Shown here: positions 28,390 through 41,342 of the stretch, in pieces
Position numbering within the stretch: the stretch's first letter is position 1
Layout of the letters: each line of letters starts with the position of its first letter
Assembly (NCBI GenBank): GCA_951406725.2
Contig: OX597818.1
Coordinates: 144,150,001 to 144,214,000 of the forward strand
Reading direction: 5' to 3'
DNA length: 64,000 nt
From: Octopus vulgaris
Taxonomy: Eukaryota
The notes under the pieces: generated by a model
Database searches by the model: none
What the model was told of the DNA's origin: nothing
Seen by the model: the letters and a program-made list of their open reading frames with translations, nothing else
Translations under genes and position numbers: made by a program

Positions 28390-31300
28390 GGGCTGGTGCG
28401 TGTATTTTTGCATGTAATGGACATTTATTTGAATATATTTGTGTATCACATAAATAATAAAATGCATATATAAAAGCAATCATTATAATATATAAATAGA
28501 CATCATATACATATATATATACATATATATATAAACATACATATACACACACACACACGCACACACACATACATACATACCCATACACACACATATATGC
28601 ATGCATACATATACATATGTATGTATATACCTTTTATATATATATATATATATATATAATGTATAGAAAATATAAAATTTCATTATTATAATCATATGAA
28701 AATGTAGTTTTCAGACACGCACTTTTTTTTTAGCCGTGATTTCCCTGGATTCCTCCGTGTTGTCACTGTACGACTGTGCTGTAGATCCCCTCATTGGTAA
28801 CCACTTCACAGGGAAGAGAGAGATGATGGCATTAGGTAAGTTGTCACATCAACAAAGTTACAGCATTCAGAAAACCTGCTAACAGCAGGGACTACATTAA
28901 CTCAATGAAATGACAATAGTTTGCCTTCAAAAAATGAGAAAATTGCAGTCAATATAAAAACAAAAATTAACAGAAAATGTTGAAATTATCCTCTTATAAC
29001 ATCCTCACTGACTGAACACATTGAAACAAAGTTTATTTACGTAATAAAAGAAAATTGCTCAGAAGGATTTACTTAGTATAGTGTTATCTGCATTATAAAA
29101 GCCAGAATTTAGAGCTCTTTGTTTACTGCTGCAAGTGCATTTTGGCTAGTGCAAAGCTTTAGTATAAGTCTAAGTATGGGGTAGTAGCTTTCTTTTTTTT
29201 TTCGTATTCATTCTTACAAACTTATAGAATTTAAGAGAAAATGGTAAAATATAAATCTTACAAGCATTCTTTAAACCAAATCAATTCAATGCTTAGATAA
29301 TAATTATGTCCCTGCTTCCACACTTGCAGAATCTGAAGTTTTGCTTGTTCATCTTTATCACAATATGGTAACATTGTAATCAAGGTAGGTAAATGAATAT
29401 TTTTCTTGCAACAATGATTTAAAAATTCTAAATAAAAGGAACAACTCAAACTGAAATTATAGATGGAAATTCCTATAGTCATATGACAGTCAAAAGAACC
29501 TAATGTATTTGCCAATGGCTCCAAAGGTTCTGCAGCTGAGAGGGGCTCTATAATGATACATCAAAATAATTCAAAAGAAGAATTGAATATATTAAGTTAG
29601 TGCTCTACTCAGGTTCTAGTTATAATATAACAAGGCATAAATATAATCATCAGATATTCAGCTAAACTGTGTATTTTTACATTTGCAGGAAGAGCTTCCA
29701 GAACTCTACTGAATTACAGGAAATCCAATTCAATAAAGTCATAGTCAAATATTAACAATTTCTTAAGTACAAGAGTACAAATGAATATGATGATATCAAT
29801 GTCTTTACTCCATGATATTGACAGTCTAATTGAAGTAAAAGAGCCTCAACCATATAGTATAATCAGCTTGTCAACTATTAAGAGCTTACATTTTTACCAT
29901 GCTGCATTTCATGATAAAGATGTTAATTTTCTACTACTTCCGATCTATTGTTTATTGCATCTTTTAGATATAACTGGTATGAGAAGAACTGAATTTGCTA
30001 ATACTTTTCATGACAAGAAACCCCATCATTTCAGTTTATATATATATAACATGGCAGTTAAGTAAGAGTAAGACAGAAATCTATCCCTATCATTATTGAG
30101 ATTTCAATCACTCCACAGAAATACTTACTTTCATATACTTCAGCTGGTCACTTTGATTAAAAATTGAATGCAGCAATGAAATAAAAACAAACTTTATAGC
30201 TGTTCACTACCCTTCAGCTGGACAATGTTCAGTTCTAAGGGTAGCACTGAAGCTTCTTTTTTTATTTAGCTAGAATATTATATATCAATTAAATAATTAC
30301 AAAAAGGAAAAATACAAAAACTAAAACAAAATAAAAATAACGACAGTATTAAAATGTTACCTGTGCTTTAATTTCTACTTCCTTTTCCAGAAACATATTT
30401 AATAAACCAGCTAATTTAAACATTTCTCATTAGCTACTTTGTGCTTCAGTAGAAGTCACTTGAACCTAAGTCAGCTCTGATCAAGCAGGTCTAACATTCA
30501 AAGATGTCCCAGTCGTAATCATTTAGTACTCTTTCAGGTGTAGTGTCTAATATAACATCATCCAATAGATATGTTTTTTAAGACAGTAGGATGTGATTAA
30601 AGAGAGATTTGGCTGCTACTTTTAACAGGTCAAGCAACTATGTAAAGGCTTTCTAATTGCTTAGACTCTCTTGACTGTTGTTATATAATCTGCCAATCCA
30701 AAAGAATACAACAATAATTCTGCTAAATTTAAGTTCAATGCATACATTTAATTAAATAACAAATACAATTATAATACACTCAAACTAATAACACTTTTAG
30801 GGGTTTTTTTCATTTGATAAACTATCATCAAACATAATAACAGGTCTATAATTAGTTAGCAATATCAAAAACTATTAAATTGCAAAGTTATATACAAAAA
30901 CATTAACTCCCCAACAAATCTATTTCCTTCTGAATAACATGGGAGAAGCATGATGTTTCAAAATAAAAAGAATACTAATACATTTTACACAATACAAAAA
31001 TAAGCTTAAATACTTCACTAAAAGTTGTTATTCATAAAATTCTTTGCTTGCATGTTTCTACTTCTAATTGAAGCCTCACTAGTTTCCGTGTAGCAATTTC
31101 ACACACACACACACACACACTCTACAACTCAGCCATCACTCCCAAATGAGTATGACTTGGTAGCAGCAAGCCCTATGCCTTCACTCCTGTATTAAATGTC
31201 TGTGTAGTTGCAAGAAGATGCAGTAACTCTCTCAATCCTCTCCTTAACTCAACGGAATGTCAAAAATATGACACATACAAGGTAGAATCACTAAAATACT

Positions 31301-31918
31301 GGATAAAACTACCTAGCACGATGTTTTGACTTTGTGAACTGTGTTAAAAACCTGCCAATATCACATCTGCTTTTCATCATTTTAGGATTGGTAAAAAGTA
31401 ATATTCAAAAGATTAATAGAAGTGAGTGGTGAAAGACATCTGCCAGTATCTATTTTGACCTTCGACAGTCTAAGAGCAATGCTTGCAACAACACTGATGC
31501 CAAGCTGTATTGGGCCTGGCACAGTAACTTTTCTTTGGACAACATCACTGGTATCAAGACAGGAGACTTACAGGCACAGGCAACTGTTACTCTTCCACAA
31601 AAAAACCCTGCCCAGCTTGTCCATACTAGTGTAGAAACATGATCAACCCTGACCGACAGAGACCCCCACCACCAACATATACATACAAATATATATATAT
31701 ATATATAAACAAGAAGGGTAGTAATATTATTTACTACCAGGTCCCCAGCACAAAAGACGAATTAGTCATAAGACAAAAATATTATTCATATAGAAAAATA
31801 TTATTCATGTAGTTATACAATTAAGGGCTCCTAAATATAGATGCCGAGTGCTGGGAACACAAAAAGGGGATGAATTTATCGAGAGTGAAAATCAAAAACG
31901 TTTACCGATAACTTTAAC

Positions 31919-31994
31919 AACTCGTACCGCGGTTTCTGCTTCTTTCTAGCAAAACACAGAATATGTTTGCTAAGGCCAGCTTCATCAGCGAGTC
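31919..31994 (-). ncRNA. Type I hammerhead ribozyme motif
   Basis: GACTCG-CTGATGA-[stem II with inner TAGCAAA/TTTGCTA hairpin]-GAAA-CCGCGG-TA-CGAGTT; all core boxes present; palindromic stem III. Confidence 0.75.
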
Positions 31995-32066
31995 GCCTGA
32001 ATTTAATCGAGGTCTGCAGCGATGTGGGACTGTGTTAAACCCGACTACTAGCAGATCTTAACTTTT

Positions 32067-32109
<43 letters not shown>

Positions 32110-32111
<2 letters not shown>

Positions 32112-32323
32112 TTTTACTTTTTTACTTGTTTCAGTCATTTGACTGTGGCCATGCTGGAGCACCACCGTTAGTCAAGCAAATCGACTTCAGGACTTACTCT
32201 TTGTAAGCCTAGCACTTATTCCATTGGTCTCTTTTGCCTAACCGCTAAGTTATGGGGACATAAACACACTAGCATCAGTTGTCAAGCGATGTTGGGGGTA
32301 CAAACACAGACACACAAACATAT

Positions 32324-32376
<53 letters not shown>

Positions 32377-32540
32377 TATACGACGGGCTTCTTTCAGTTT
32401 CCGTCTACCAAATCCACTCACAAGGCTTTGGTCGGCCTGAGGCTATAGTAGAAGACACTTGCCCAAGGTGCCACGCAGTGGGACTGAACCCATGACCATG
32501 TGGTTGGTAAGCAAGCTACTTACCACACACCCACTCCTAT
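32110..32540 (-). mobile_element. Full-length tRNA-derived SINE with internal TA/CA microsatellite
   Basis: Head TGTGTGGTAAG..GGTTCAGTCCC; 3' end CGGTGGTGCTCCAGCATGGCC; A-rich tail. Confidence 0.85.
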
Positions 32541-32764
32541 ATATACACACACACACACAAGCATATATGTCACACTACCCATGAATATTCTAAAACTATG
32601 ATTTAAAGGATTGCATTGAATTGTTGTAAATGTTTTTCAGAGACGACCTACAGTGATGCGTAGACCACCACTTCAACTGCAAGCAATTTCAAGATCAATA
32701 GTTAAAGAACACCTGTGTATACCTTACAGCTTGATGGCAATGTTTAGAATAAATTTGTTCTTAC

Positions 32765-32828
32765 TTCAGTTAGCAGTCTTTTCAGTCCATCAACTTGGTC
32801 TTCATTTGGATTTAGTTCTCCACCTGGC
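32765..32828 (-). CDS. NUDT21: Cleavage factor Im 25-kDa subunit (CPSF5), coding exon 3
   Basis: ctgcag|..|gtaaga, 64 nt; (L)PGGELNPNEDQVDGLKRLLTE is the CFIm25 Nudix-box region; phase matches exon 2. Confidence 0.96.
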
Positions 32829-33429
32829 CTGCAGGTAAAAATGTAAGCTGATGTTAATTATGTCTTTAAAGCACAAGAGATAATTATTGTTCCTACATGG
32901 CATACGTAATGCTTATCATTAACATCACATCAATAAAACTGATATGATGACAAATTATGATGACCATATCATGATGACCAAGTTAATGTATATGTTGCAA
33001 GAAACATCTCTGATGTGATTCTTTCTTTGATATTTCATACTTTCAGAATTCAGAATCCTTTGTAAGATCAAACCACATTGAGTCAATATACTTATTGTCA
33101 TGTCACAATGTAATTCATCCTCAACTGTAATTTAAAAAATATGTTTGTTATACAATGATATACAATGCAGGTGACTAATTCACAAAGGGATTTTACATAC
33201 AAGGGGAAACACTTCAAACAGATTCTTATGGGAAATATTAATGGACCTTAATTGGTCTGCTTTATGCTTTGCCCAGAGAAGTCATAGAATATCTGTACTA
33301 AATTGTCCACAACAAGGCAATTAAAACAAACACAAAATTAAAACAAAATGGTTCACATTTAGAGAACTCAAAAACAATCATCTTACCACAAGCAAATATA
33401 AAAACATATATATACATATTATTTTCATA

Positions 33430-33812
33430 CTCGTTTACTCTTTTATTTGTTTCAGCCATTTGACTGCAGCCATGCTGGAGCACTGCATTTAGTCAGGCAA
33501 ATTGACCCCAGGACTTATTCTTTGGAAGCCTAATACTTATTCTATCGGTCTCTTTTGCCAAACCACTAAGTTACGGGGGCGTAAACACACCAGCATCAGT
33601 TGTCAAGCGATGTTGGGGGGACAAACATATACACATACATATATACGACGGGCTTCTTTCAGTTTCCATCTATCAAATCCATTCACAAGGGTTTGGTCGG
33701 CCCGTTGCTATGGTAGAAGACACTTGCCTAAGGTGCTAAGCAATGGTACTGAATCCAGAAGCATGTGGTTGGTAAGCAAGCTACTTACCACACAGCCACT
33801 CCCACGCCTATA
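33430..33812 (-). mobile_element. Full-length tRNA-derived SINE, same family as 32110-32540
   Basis: Colinear similarity with 32110-32540. Confidence 0.85.
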
Positions 33813-33825
33813 AAAAGTGTGTGAC

Positions 33826-33933
33826 ACTTACAACACCTAGGTTTCCCAAGTGGTCACCCATCTAAGTACTCACTAGGCACAACACTGCTTAACTTTGGTG
33901 ATCAGAGGAGAACCAGTGCTTTCAATGTGATAT
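33826..33933 (-). pseudogene. 5S rRNA pseudogene
   Basis: Minus strand ATATCACATTGAAAGCACTGGTTCTC..GATCACCAAAGTTAAGC..AGTACTTAGATGGGTGACC..TGGGAA..GGTGTTGTA; A and C boxes; lacks about 10 nt at the 5' end; CpG decay. Confidence 0.88.
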
Positions 33934-34062
33934 ACATATACATATATATATATATGGATATGTATGTATATATGGATATGTATATATATATATATGTGTA
34001 TATGTATATATGGATATGTATGTGTACATATATATATATGTATGTATGTATGTATGTGTATT

Positions 34063-34097
<35 letters not shown>

Positions 34098-34268
34098 GTG
34101 TATTTATATATATATATATATATGTACATATATATTCAAAGTTTTCCATAACTGGTCATCTTCTGAAATCCGTCTTTTATCAGCAGAGGAAATGAAAATC
34201 GAGTAATATATATATATATATATATACATATGTATGTATATATATGTATAAATATATGTGTATGTATA

Positions 34269-34310
<42 letters not shown>

Positions 34311-34499
34311 ATATATGTGTGTATTTATATGTGTATATATGCTTAATATATATGTACTAGCAGTATAACTTTGAATTTATAACCTCGTCCATTCCTGTTT
34401 GTGTAGATCGTAACCCTAACCCCTAAAAACGGTGTAGTCTATGTAGGTTGTAGCCTAGTGTTTCTTTATGAATTCTGCCAAATGCAAGCTTTCTTTTCA

Positions 34500-37400
34500 G
34501 GTACATGACACTGCTGTCCCTCATCCCAGGGTCTCACAGGCCCACACCTCCCACACCCTCAGAGTGGGCACACACAATGTTGGCACATTGAAAGGTAGGT
34601 CTGGTGAGATTGTTGAGATGCTTGAACGGAGACATGCAGATTTGTGCTGCATCCAAGAAGTAAGGTGGAGAGGAGGTTCCACTAAATTCCTCACAGGCAA
34701 AGAACACAAGTACAAGATTTTCTGGGCAGGGAACACTGACGGGGTCGGGGGCGTGGGTATACTTCTTGCGGAGAAATGGGTTGATAAGGTAATTGAGGTA
34801 GTCAGAGTATGTGACAGAGTACTTAAGATTAGATTAGTGCTTCACCATAGGTCAGCTACCATTATCTTGGCCTATGCCCCTCAACCGGGGCTACCGGATG
34901 GGTAGAAAGACCGATTCTATGATACCCTATTGCAGACTACCTTGTTGACAAATGACAGGGACCTTCTCTTTGTGGCTGGTGACTTCAATGGACATGTTGG
35001 TCGGCATGTCGGGGTCTTCCTTGGCATACATGGAGGCTACGGTCTTGGTTCTAACAATGAGGAGGGAATCAGGCTGCTGGAGTTCTGCAATGCAAATGAT
35101 CTTATGGTCTGCAATACCAACTTCAGGAAACCCACCTCTCATCTAGTCACCTACCGTTCTGGCAGACACACTAGCTAAACTGACTACATCCTCGCCAGAA
35201 AAAGGAAAAGAGGGCTGCTTATAAATGCCAAAACCTTCCCAGGCGAAGAATGTACCCCTCAACATAGATTAGTTGTTAGTGACTTCAGGATCAGGGCTAA
35301 ATGGATGCCCAGAAGACCAGCTTGGAGAAGGGTCTGGAAGCTTAAAGATCCTGCAAATGGACAGAAATTTAGAGACGTATTACTCGAAGCCTTCGATGAA
35401 ATACAAGGGGATATAGCATCACATAATGTGGAAGACAACTGGAGGTTTCTACGGGACAACCTGCTGAGAGCCCCTGACCAGATCTGTGGATGGAGCAAAG
35501 TCCCATATCAATCCAAGGTAACATGGTGGTGGAACAATGTGGTTGACAGAGCATTTAGACAAAAGAAACAGGCTTGGAGGGACTGGAAGAATGGAGGTAG
35601 CAGGGAATTGTATCAGACTGCCAGAAGGGAAGCTAGGAGACAGGTTTATTTAGCCAGAGGGGAAGCAGATAAGAAAAAATTTGCCAATGTTCTGTGTCGT
35701 GAGGACCAAAGACTTGAAGTATTTCGTGTTGCAAGACAGTATGTGAGAGAGAATCGTGATGTGGTTGGAGAGAAATATGAGGATGCAAAGAGAGAGGTTT
35801 GGAAACGCCACTATGAAAGGATGCTCAATAAAGAGAATGAATGGGAGAAAGAGAGTTTGCCGAATGTCTACCCAACACAGGGACCAGCTATCCAAATTGA
35901 CAGTACTTTAGTAGTTAAAGCAATCAAGAGTATGAAGGCAGGGTAAGCCCCCGGCCCATCAGGAATCACTGCAGAGATGCTCAAAATATCTGGCAGTGTC
36001 GGCTATAGCACAGTCACCCGTATAGTTAACCAGGTGATACACGAAGAAGTCATACCCAATGACTGGTGTAGCAGCACCATAGTCAACTGCTACAAAGGTA
36101 AAGGTGACGCCTTAGATACAAATAATTACAGAGGTATCAAGTTGCTGAATCAGGTAATGAAGGTCACGGAGAGGGTCATAGCCCAACTAATTAGAGAAAG
36201 AGTCAGTTTAGATGAAATGCAGTTTGGGTTCGTGCCAGGGAGAAGTACTACTGATGCTATATTCCTGGTAAGGCAGCTGCAGGAGAAATAACTAGCAACA
36301 GATAAGCCTCTGTACCTGGCTTTCGTTGACATGAAGAAAGCCTTCGACAGGGTCCCCCGATCCCTTATCTGGTGGTCAATGAAGAAACTAGGGATAGATG
36401 AATGGTTAGTGAGAGCTGCGCGAGCCACGTACAGGGATGCTGTTAGTAAGGTGAGGGTTGGCAACGAGTACAGTGAAGAATTCCAGGTAGAGGTAGGGGT
36501 CCACCAAGTTTCAGTCCTCAGCCCCCTCCTATTTATCATAGTTCTCCGGGTAATAACAGAGGAATTCAAGACAGGATGCCCCTGGGAGCTTCTATATGCT
36601 GATGACCTTGCTCTAATTGCTGAGTCACTATCAGAACTGGAGGAGAAGTTTCAGGTGTGGAAGCAAGGATTAGAATCGAAGAGTCAACCTAGCTAAAACC
36701 AAAGTCCTAATAAGTAGGAAGGTAGACAAATCACAAACGCCTTCAGGTTGACAGCCCTGCTCAATCTGTAGAAAAGGCGTAGGTAGAAACTCTATAAGAT
36801 GTGCCAACTGTAAGCTATGGACACATAAGAGGTGTAGCAATATCAAAGGAAGGCTAACTAGGAAGATAGTTTTTGTTTGTGGCAGATGCTCAGGAGCAAT
36901 AAACACTGAAAATGTGCAGAGAACAACTTCCGCCACATTCCAGGGAGAAAAAACTAGAAATAGTTGATAGCTTCCGTTACCTAGGTGACCAAGTCAGTAG
37001 CGGGGGCAGGTGTGCTGAAAGTGTAACTGCTAGAGTAAGAATAGCTTGGGCAAAGTTCAGAGAGCTCTTACCTCTGCTGGTGACAAAAGGCCTCTAGCGC
37101 AGAATAAAAGGCAGACTGTATGACGCATGTGTACAAACAGCCATGCTACATGGCAGTGAAACATGGGCCGTGACTGCTGAGGATATGCATAAGCTCTCAA
37201 GAAATGAAGCCAGTATGCTCCGATGGATGTGTAATGTCAGTGTTCATACCCGACAGAGTGTAAGTACCTTGAGAGAAAAGTTGAACCTAAGAAACATCAG
37301 TTGTAGTGTGCAAGAGAGACAATTGCGCTGGTATGGTCATGTGGCGAGAATGGATGAAGATAGCTGTGTGAAAAAGTGCCACACCCTAGCAGTTGAGGGA

Positions 37401-38183
37401 ACCTGTGGAAGAGGTAGACCCAGGAAAACCTGGGACGAGGTGGTGAAGCATGACCTTCGAACATTAGGTCTCACCGAGGCAATGACTAGTGACTGAGACC
37501 TTTGGAAATATGCTGTGCGTGAGAAGACCCGGCAAGACAAGTGAGGCCATAACCTGTGGTCTCTACCTGGGATGTAGCCAGCCCACTTATGCATACCTTT
37601 CCTTCTTGGGGCACAAAACTCTGCTTGTGAAGACCTGTTGCGGCAAGTGAAATTGGAATTGAAATCAAAATCGCTCAAAAAACAATGGAAATTCAAATTG
37701 TGATACCAGTGCCGGTGGCACGTAGAAGAACCATCCGATCGTGGACGTTGCCAGCGCCCCCCAACTGGCCTCCGTGCCGGTGGCACGTAAAAGAACCATC
37801 CGATCGTGGCCGTTGCCAGCGCCCCCCCAACTGGCCTCCGTGCCGGTGGCACGTAGAAGAACCATCCGATCGTGGCCGTTGCCAGCGCCCCCCAACTGGC
37901 CTCCGTGCCGGTGGCACGTAGAAGAACCATCCGATCATGGCCGCTGCCAGCGCCCCCCAACTGGCCTCCGTGCCGGTGGCATGTAAAAAGCACCAACCGA
38001 TCGTGGCCGTTGCCAGCCTCGCCTGGCACATAAAAAGCACTCACTACACTCAGTGTGGTTGGCGTTAGGAAGGGCATCCAGCTGTAGAAACACTGCTACA
38101 TCAGACTGGGCCTAGTGCAGCCTCCTGGCTTCCCAGACCCCAGTCAAACCGTCGAAAAGCGGACATTAAACGATGATAATGAT
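34500..38183 (+). mobile_element. Near-full-length inactive RTE-clade LINE
   Basis: APE (VGTHNVGTL, CIQEVRW, GDFNGHVG), RT (QFGFVPGRSTTDA, KAFDRV, YADD), C-terminal HGSETW and RGRPRKTW; several stops and a frameshift; (GAT)n tail. Confidence 0.95.
37708..38030 (+). repeat. About 5 tandem ~58-bp units in the RTE 3' UTR
   Basis: Unit GTGCCGGTGGCACGTAGAAGAACCATCCGATCGTGGCCGTTGCCAGCGCCCCCCAACTGGCCTCC. Confidence 0.9.
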
Positions 38184-38287
38184 ATATATACACATACGTA
38201 TACATATATAGACATACATACACATATATATCCATACACATTTTATATATATATATATATGTGTGTGTATATATATATATACATACA

Positions 38288-38326
<39 letters not shown>

Positions 38327-38337
38327 ATACACACATA

Positions 38338-39640
38338 CTAGCTGTTGGATCTAGCATTGCCCATGTTTTTCGCGTTGAAATTAACCCCACCCTAAGCCCA
38401 CATCTGACATTGCATTGAAATCTACGTTCCCCATGCAAACCATTACCCGTTAAGATGAAGATGTTATATCTGGTTTGGCAGGGATTTTACCCAGTTGACT
38501 TTCAAAATACTACTACATACTGGACCGTCTGAAGTTACAGTCAAAATTTGGGTGTACCTCGACCCATTGCAAGTGATGTTTGTTTCTTTCTCTCCACTTA
38601 ATGCCAGCCTTTGTACAAAGTTGTTCAGCGTGTCCACTCTCAGCAAAACCCGAAGCAATGTGTTAAGGTTATGTCATAAAATAGAATCCATGTGACCATT
38701 TATATGAAAATATTCCATTGGCTTTTAAATCCCAATACCTTATATGAATAATCAATGTTTCATATGTCGAAGTACTTAATTTTAATCATGGGTCAATTTT
38801 CTTCAAAATTAGTTTAGTATTTTATTGTGAGTGAATTTTGACGATTTCTGCCTTTCACCAGTTTAATTTTAATTATACTACATGACTCCAACCACAAACT
38901 TTACCTAAATGTCAAATTTCATCAAAATCGAATGAATCCTGTAAAAGTTACAGCATAAAATATTAATCCTATGGGTAATTGCATACAAAAAGCCTACTGA
39001 TTTCTTAAAATTGGCCACTCATGCACAATTATAGATTTTTTGTTAACTCTTTATACTGGCATCAACTAATGGACATGAACTGTAATCACGTACAAAATCG
39101 ATGAAAATGTCTCTAAAGAAATGCTTATTTGCATGTGTACCCTTTTTAAGCCCTTTGACTGAAATAAACACCTTTACCTTCTCCCCCACCACAAAATTTA
39201 CCTATATCTCAAATTTCATTAAAATTGGATAAAAAACATAAAAGTGATGGCCAAAAATAAAATCCCTACAGGTATTTGCACACAAAATGCCTATTGATTT
39301 TTATAAAACCACTGCTCAGGTGCAATTATCAATTGTTTGTCAATGCCATATACTGACATCAACGCACTGCCATGAGCCTCACTCATTCATCAATTTTCAT
39401 CAAAATTGGACAAAAAATGCAGAAGCTGCAAGAAAAATAACATCGTTATGGGAATTTCCATTCAAATGTTCATTTGAGCTCACAAAAATCAATGCCAACT
39501 GAGTATTATCAAGTTTTTGAAATATTTGAACTTCAGGGCAAGTGATCTACCTATGTGCCAAAAATCATTAAAATCAGTTGGATGGTGTGGGAGGAGTTAG
39601 AGTAATGCCAAACACACACACAGACACTATTACACATTTA
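38338..39640 (-). mobile_element. Non-autonomous Helitron/Helentron-like element
   Basis: Minus-strand CTAG-T end preceded by a degenerate hairpin; internal imperfect repeats containing AAATTTCATCAAAATCG-like motifs. Confidence 0.5.
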
Positions 39641-39642
39641 TG

Positions 39643-39684
<42 letters not shown>

Positions 39685-39771
39685 TTATTTGAGGGAATAA
39701 AATCCAAACTTACAAGATGGTGTAATTTAATTGTTCATTTTGAATTGATAAAAGGTGTTTTTTTTCTAATT

Positions 39772-39818
<47 letters not shown>

Positions 39819-39823
<5 letters not shown>

Positions 39824-40005
39824 CATCATCATTTAGCGTCCGCTTTCCATGCTAGCATGGGTTGGACGGGTCAACTGGGGTCTGTGAAGCTGGAAGGCTT
39901 CGTCAGGCCCAGTCAGATCTGGCAGTGTTTCTACGGCTGGATGCCCTTCCTAACGCCAACCACTCCGCGAGTGTAGTGGGTGTTTTTTACGTGCCACCTG
40001 CACAA
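39819..40005 (-). mobile_element. RTE LINE 3'-end fragment
   Basis: Same terminus as 38030-38183. Confidence 0.85.
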
Positions 40006-40007
40006 CA

Positions 40008-40061
<54 letters not shown>

Positions 40062-40207
40062 CAATATATATATATACATATATATATACACATATATACA
40101 TACATATATACATACATATATATACATATATACATACATGTATACATACATGTATAGATAAACTTACTTGGAAATGGATGCGTGGTATTCAATCATATAA
40201 TAATATA

Positions 40208-40282
<75 letters not shown>

Positions 40283-40621
40283 TATATACTTACATATATA
40301 TTTGTACATATGCATATATGGGTACAGGACATCATAAAACGTAAACAACATGAAATGCAAAAACATGGAATACGAACTTTTTTTTGCAAACAACAAAAGA
40401 AACAAATGGAAAACAAGACAAGTAACACAAAGAACAACCCTTCATCAGTTGTCAGCTGTTTTATCTACTCAACATTTCAAGCAATTACAAAATGTGGTTT
40501 TGAGAAAACAGCTGTTGCTGCAAAGCAAAATAAAATTTGGGATTTGCAGAGGGTCAATGTTGGTAACAAAAACAGGACAGTGAAAGCATATACATATATA
40601 TACATACATATGCATGTATAT

Positions 40622-40882
40622 ATCATCATCATCATCATTTAGCATCCGTTTTCCATGCTAGCATGGGTTGGACAGTTTAACTGGGGTCTGTGAAGCCGGA
40701 AGGCTTCATCAGGCCCAGTCAGATTTGGCAGTATTTCTACGGCTGGATGCCCTTCCTAACGCCAACCACTCCGCGAGTGTAGTGGGTGTTTTTTACGTGC
40801 CACCTGCACAGGTGCCAGACAGAGCTGGCACAACGGCCACGAAACGGATGGTGCTTTTACGTGTCACCGGCACGGGGGCCAA
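40622..40882 (-). mobile_element. RTE LINE 3'-end fragment
   Basis: Same terminus; very similar to 39819-40005 and 21500-21692. Confidence 0.85.
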
Positions 40883-41023
40883 TACATATATATATATATA
40901 TATATATATATGTGCATATATACATATGTACATCTATATATATATATATATAATGTGCATATATGCATATGTATATGTACATCTATATATATATATATAT
41001 ATATGTGCATATATACATATGTA

Positions 41024-41077
<54 letters not shown>

Positions 41078-41081
<4 letters not shown>

Positions 41082-41342
41082 GAGGCGCAATGGCCTAGTG
41101 GTTAGGGCAGCGGACTCACGGTCGTAGGATCGCGGCTTCGATTCCCAGACCCGGGCGTTGAGTGTTTATTGAGCGAAAACACCTAAAAGCTCCACGAGGC
41201 TCCGGCAGGAGGTGGTGATCCCTGCTGTACTCTTTCACCACTCTTTCTTCTGTTGGCCTGCTCGCTTAGCCAGCGGGGTGGCGTCATTCAAAGGCTAAAA
41301 CAATGCGAACGCATTGTAATCAGCGATGTGTAACAACAGCTG

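Noticed and set aside
30361-30410. 50-nt minus-strand exon-like segment GLLNMFLEKEVEIKAQ
   Set aside because: Weak acceptor, not CFIm25, phase incompatible with exon 3.
37708-38030. CRISPR-like regular array
   Set aside because: Units are wholly repeated with no unique spacers, lie in an RTE 3' UTR, and there are no cas genes.
41080-41155. Possible tRNA gene
   Set aside because: No closed acceptor stem; it continues into a SINE body.
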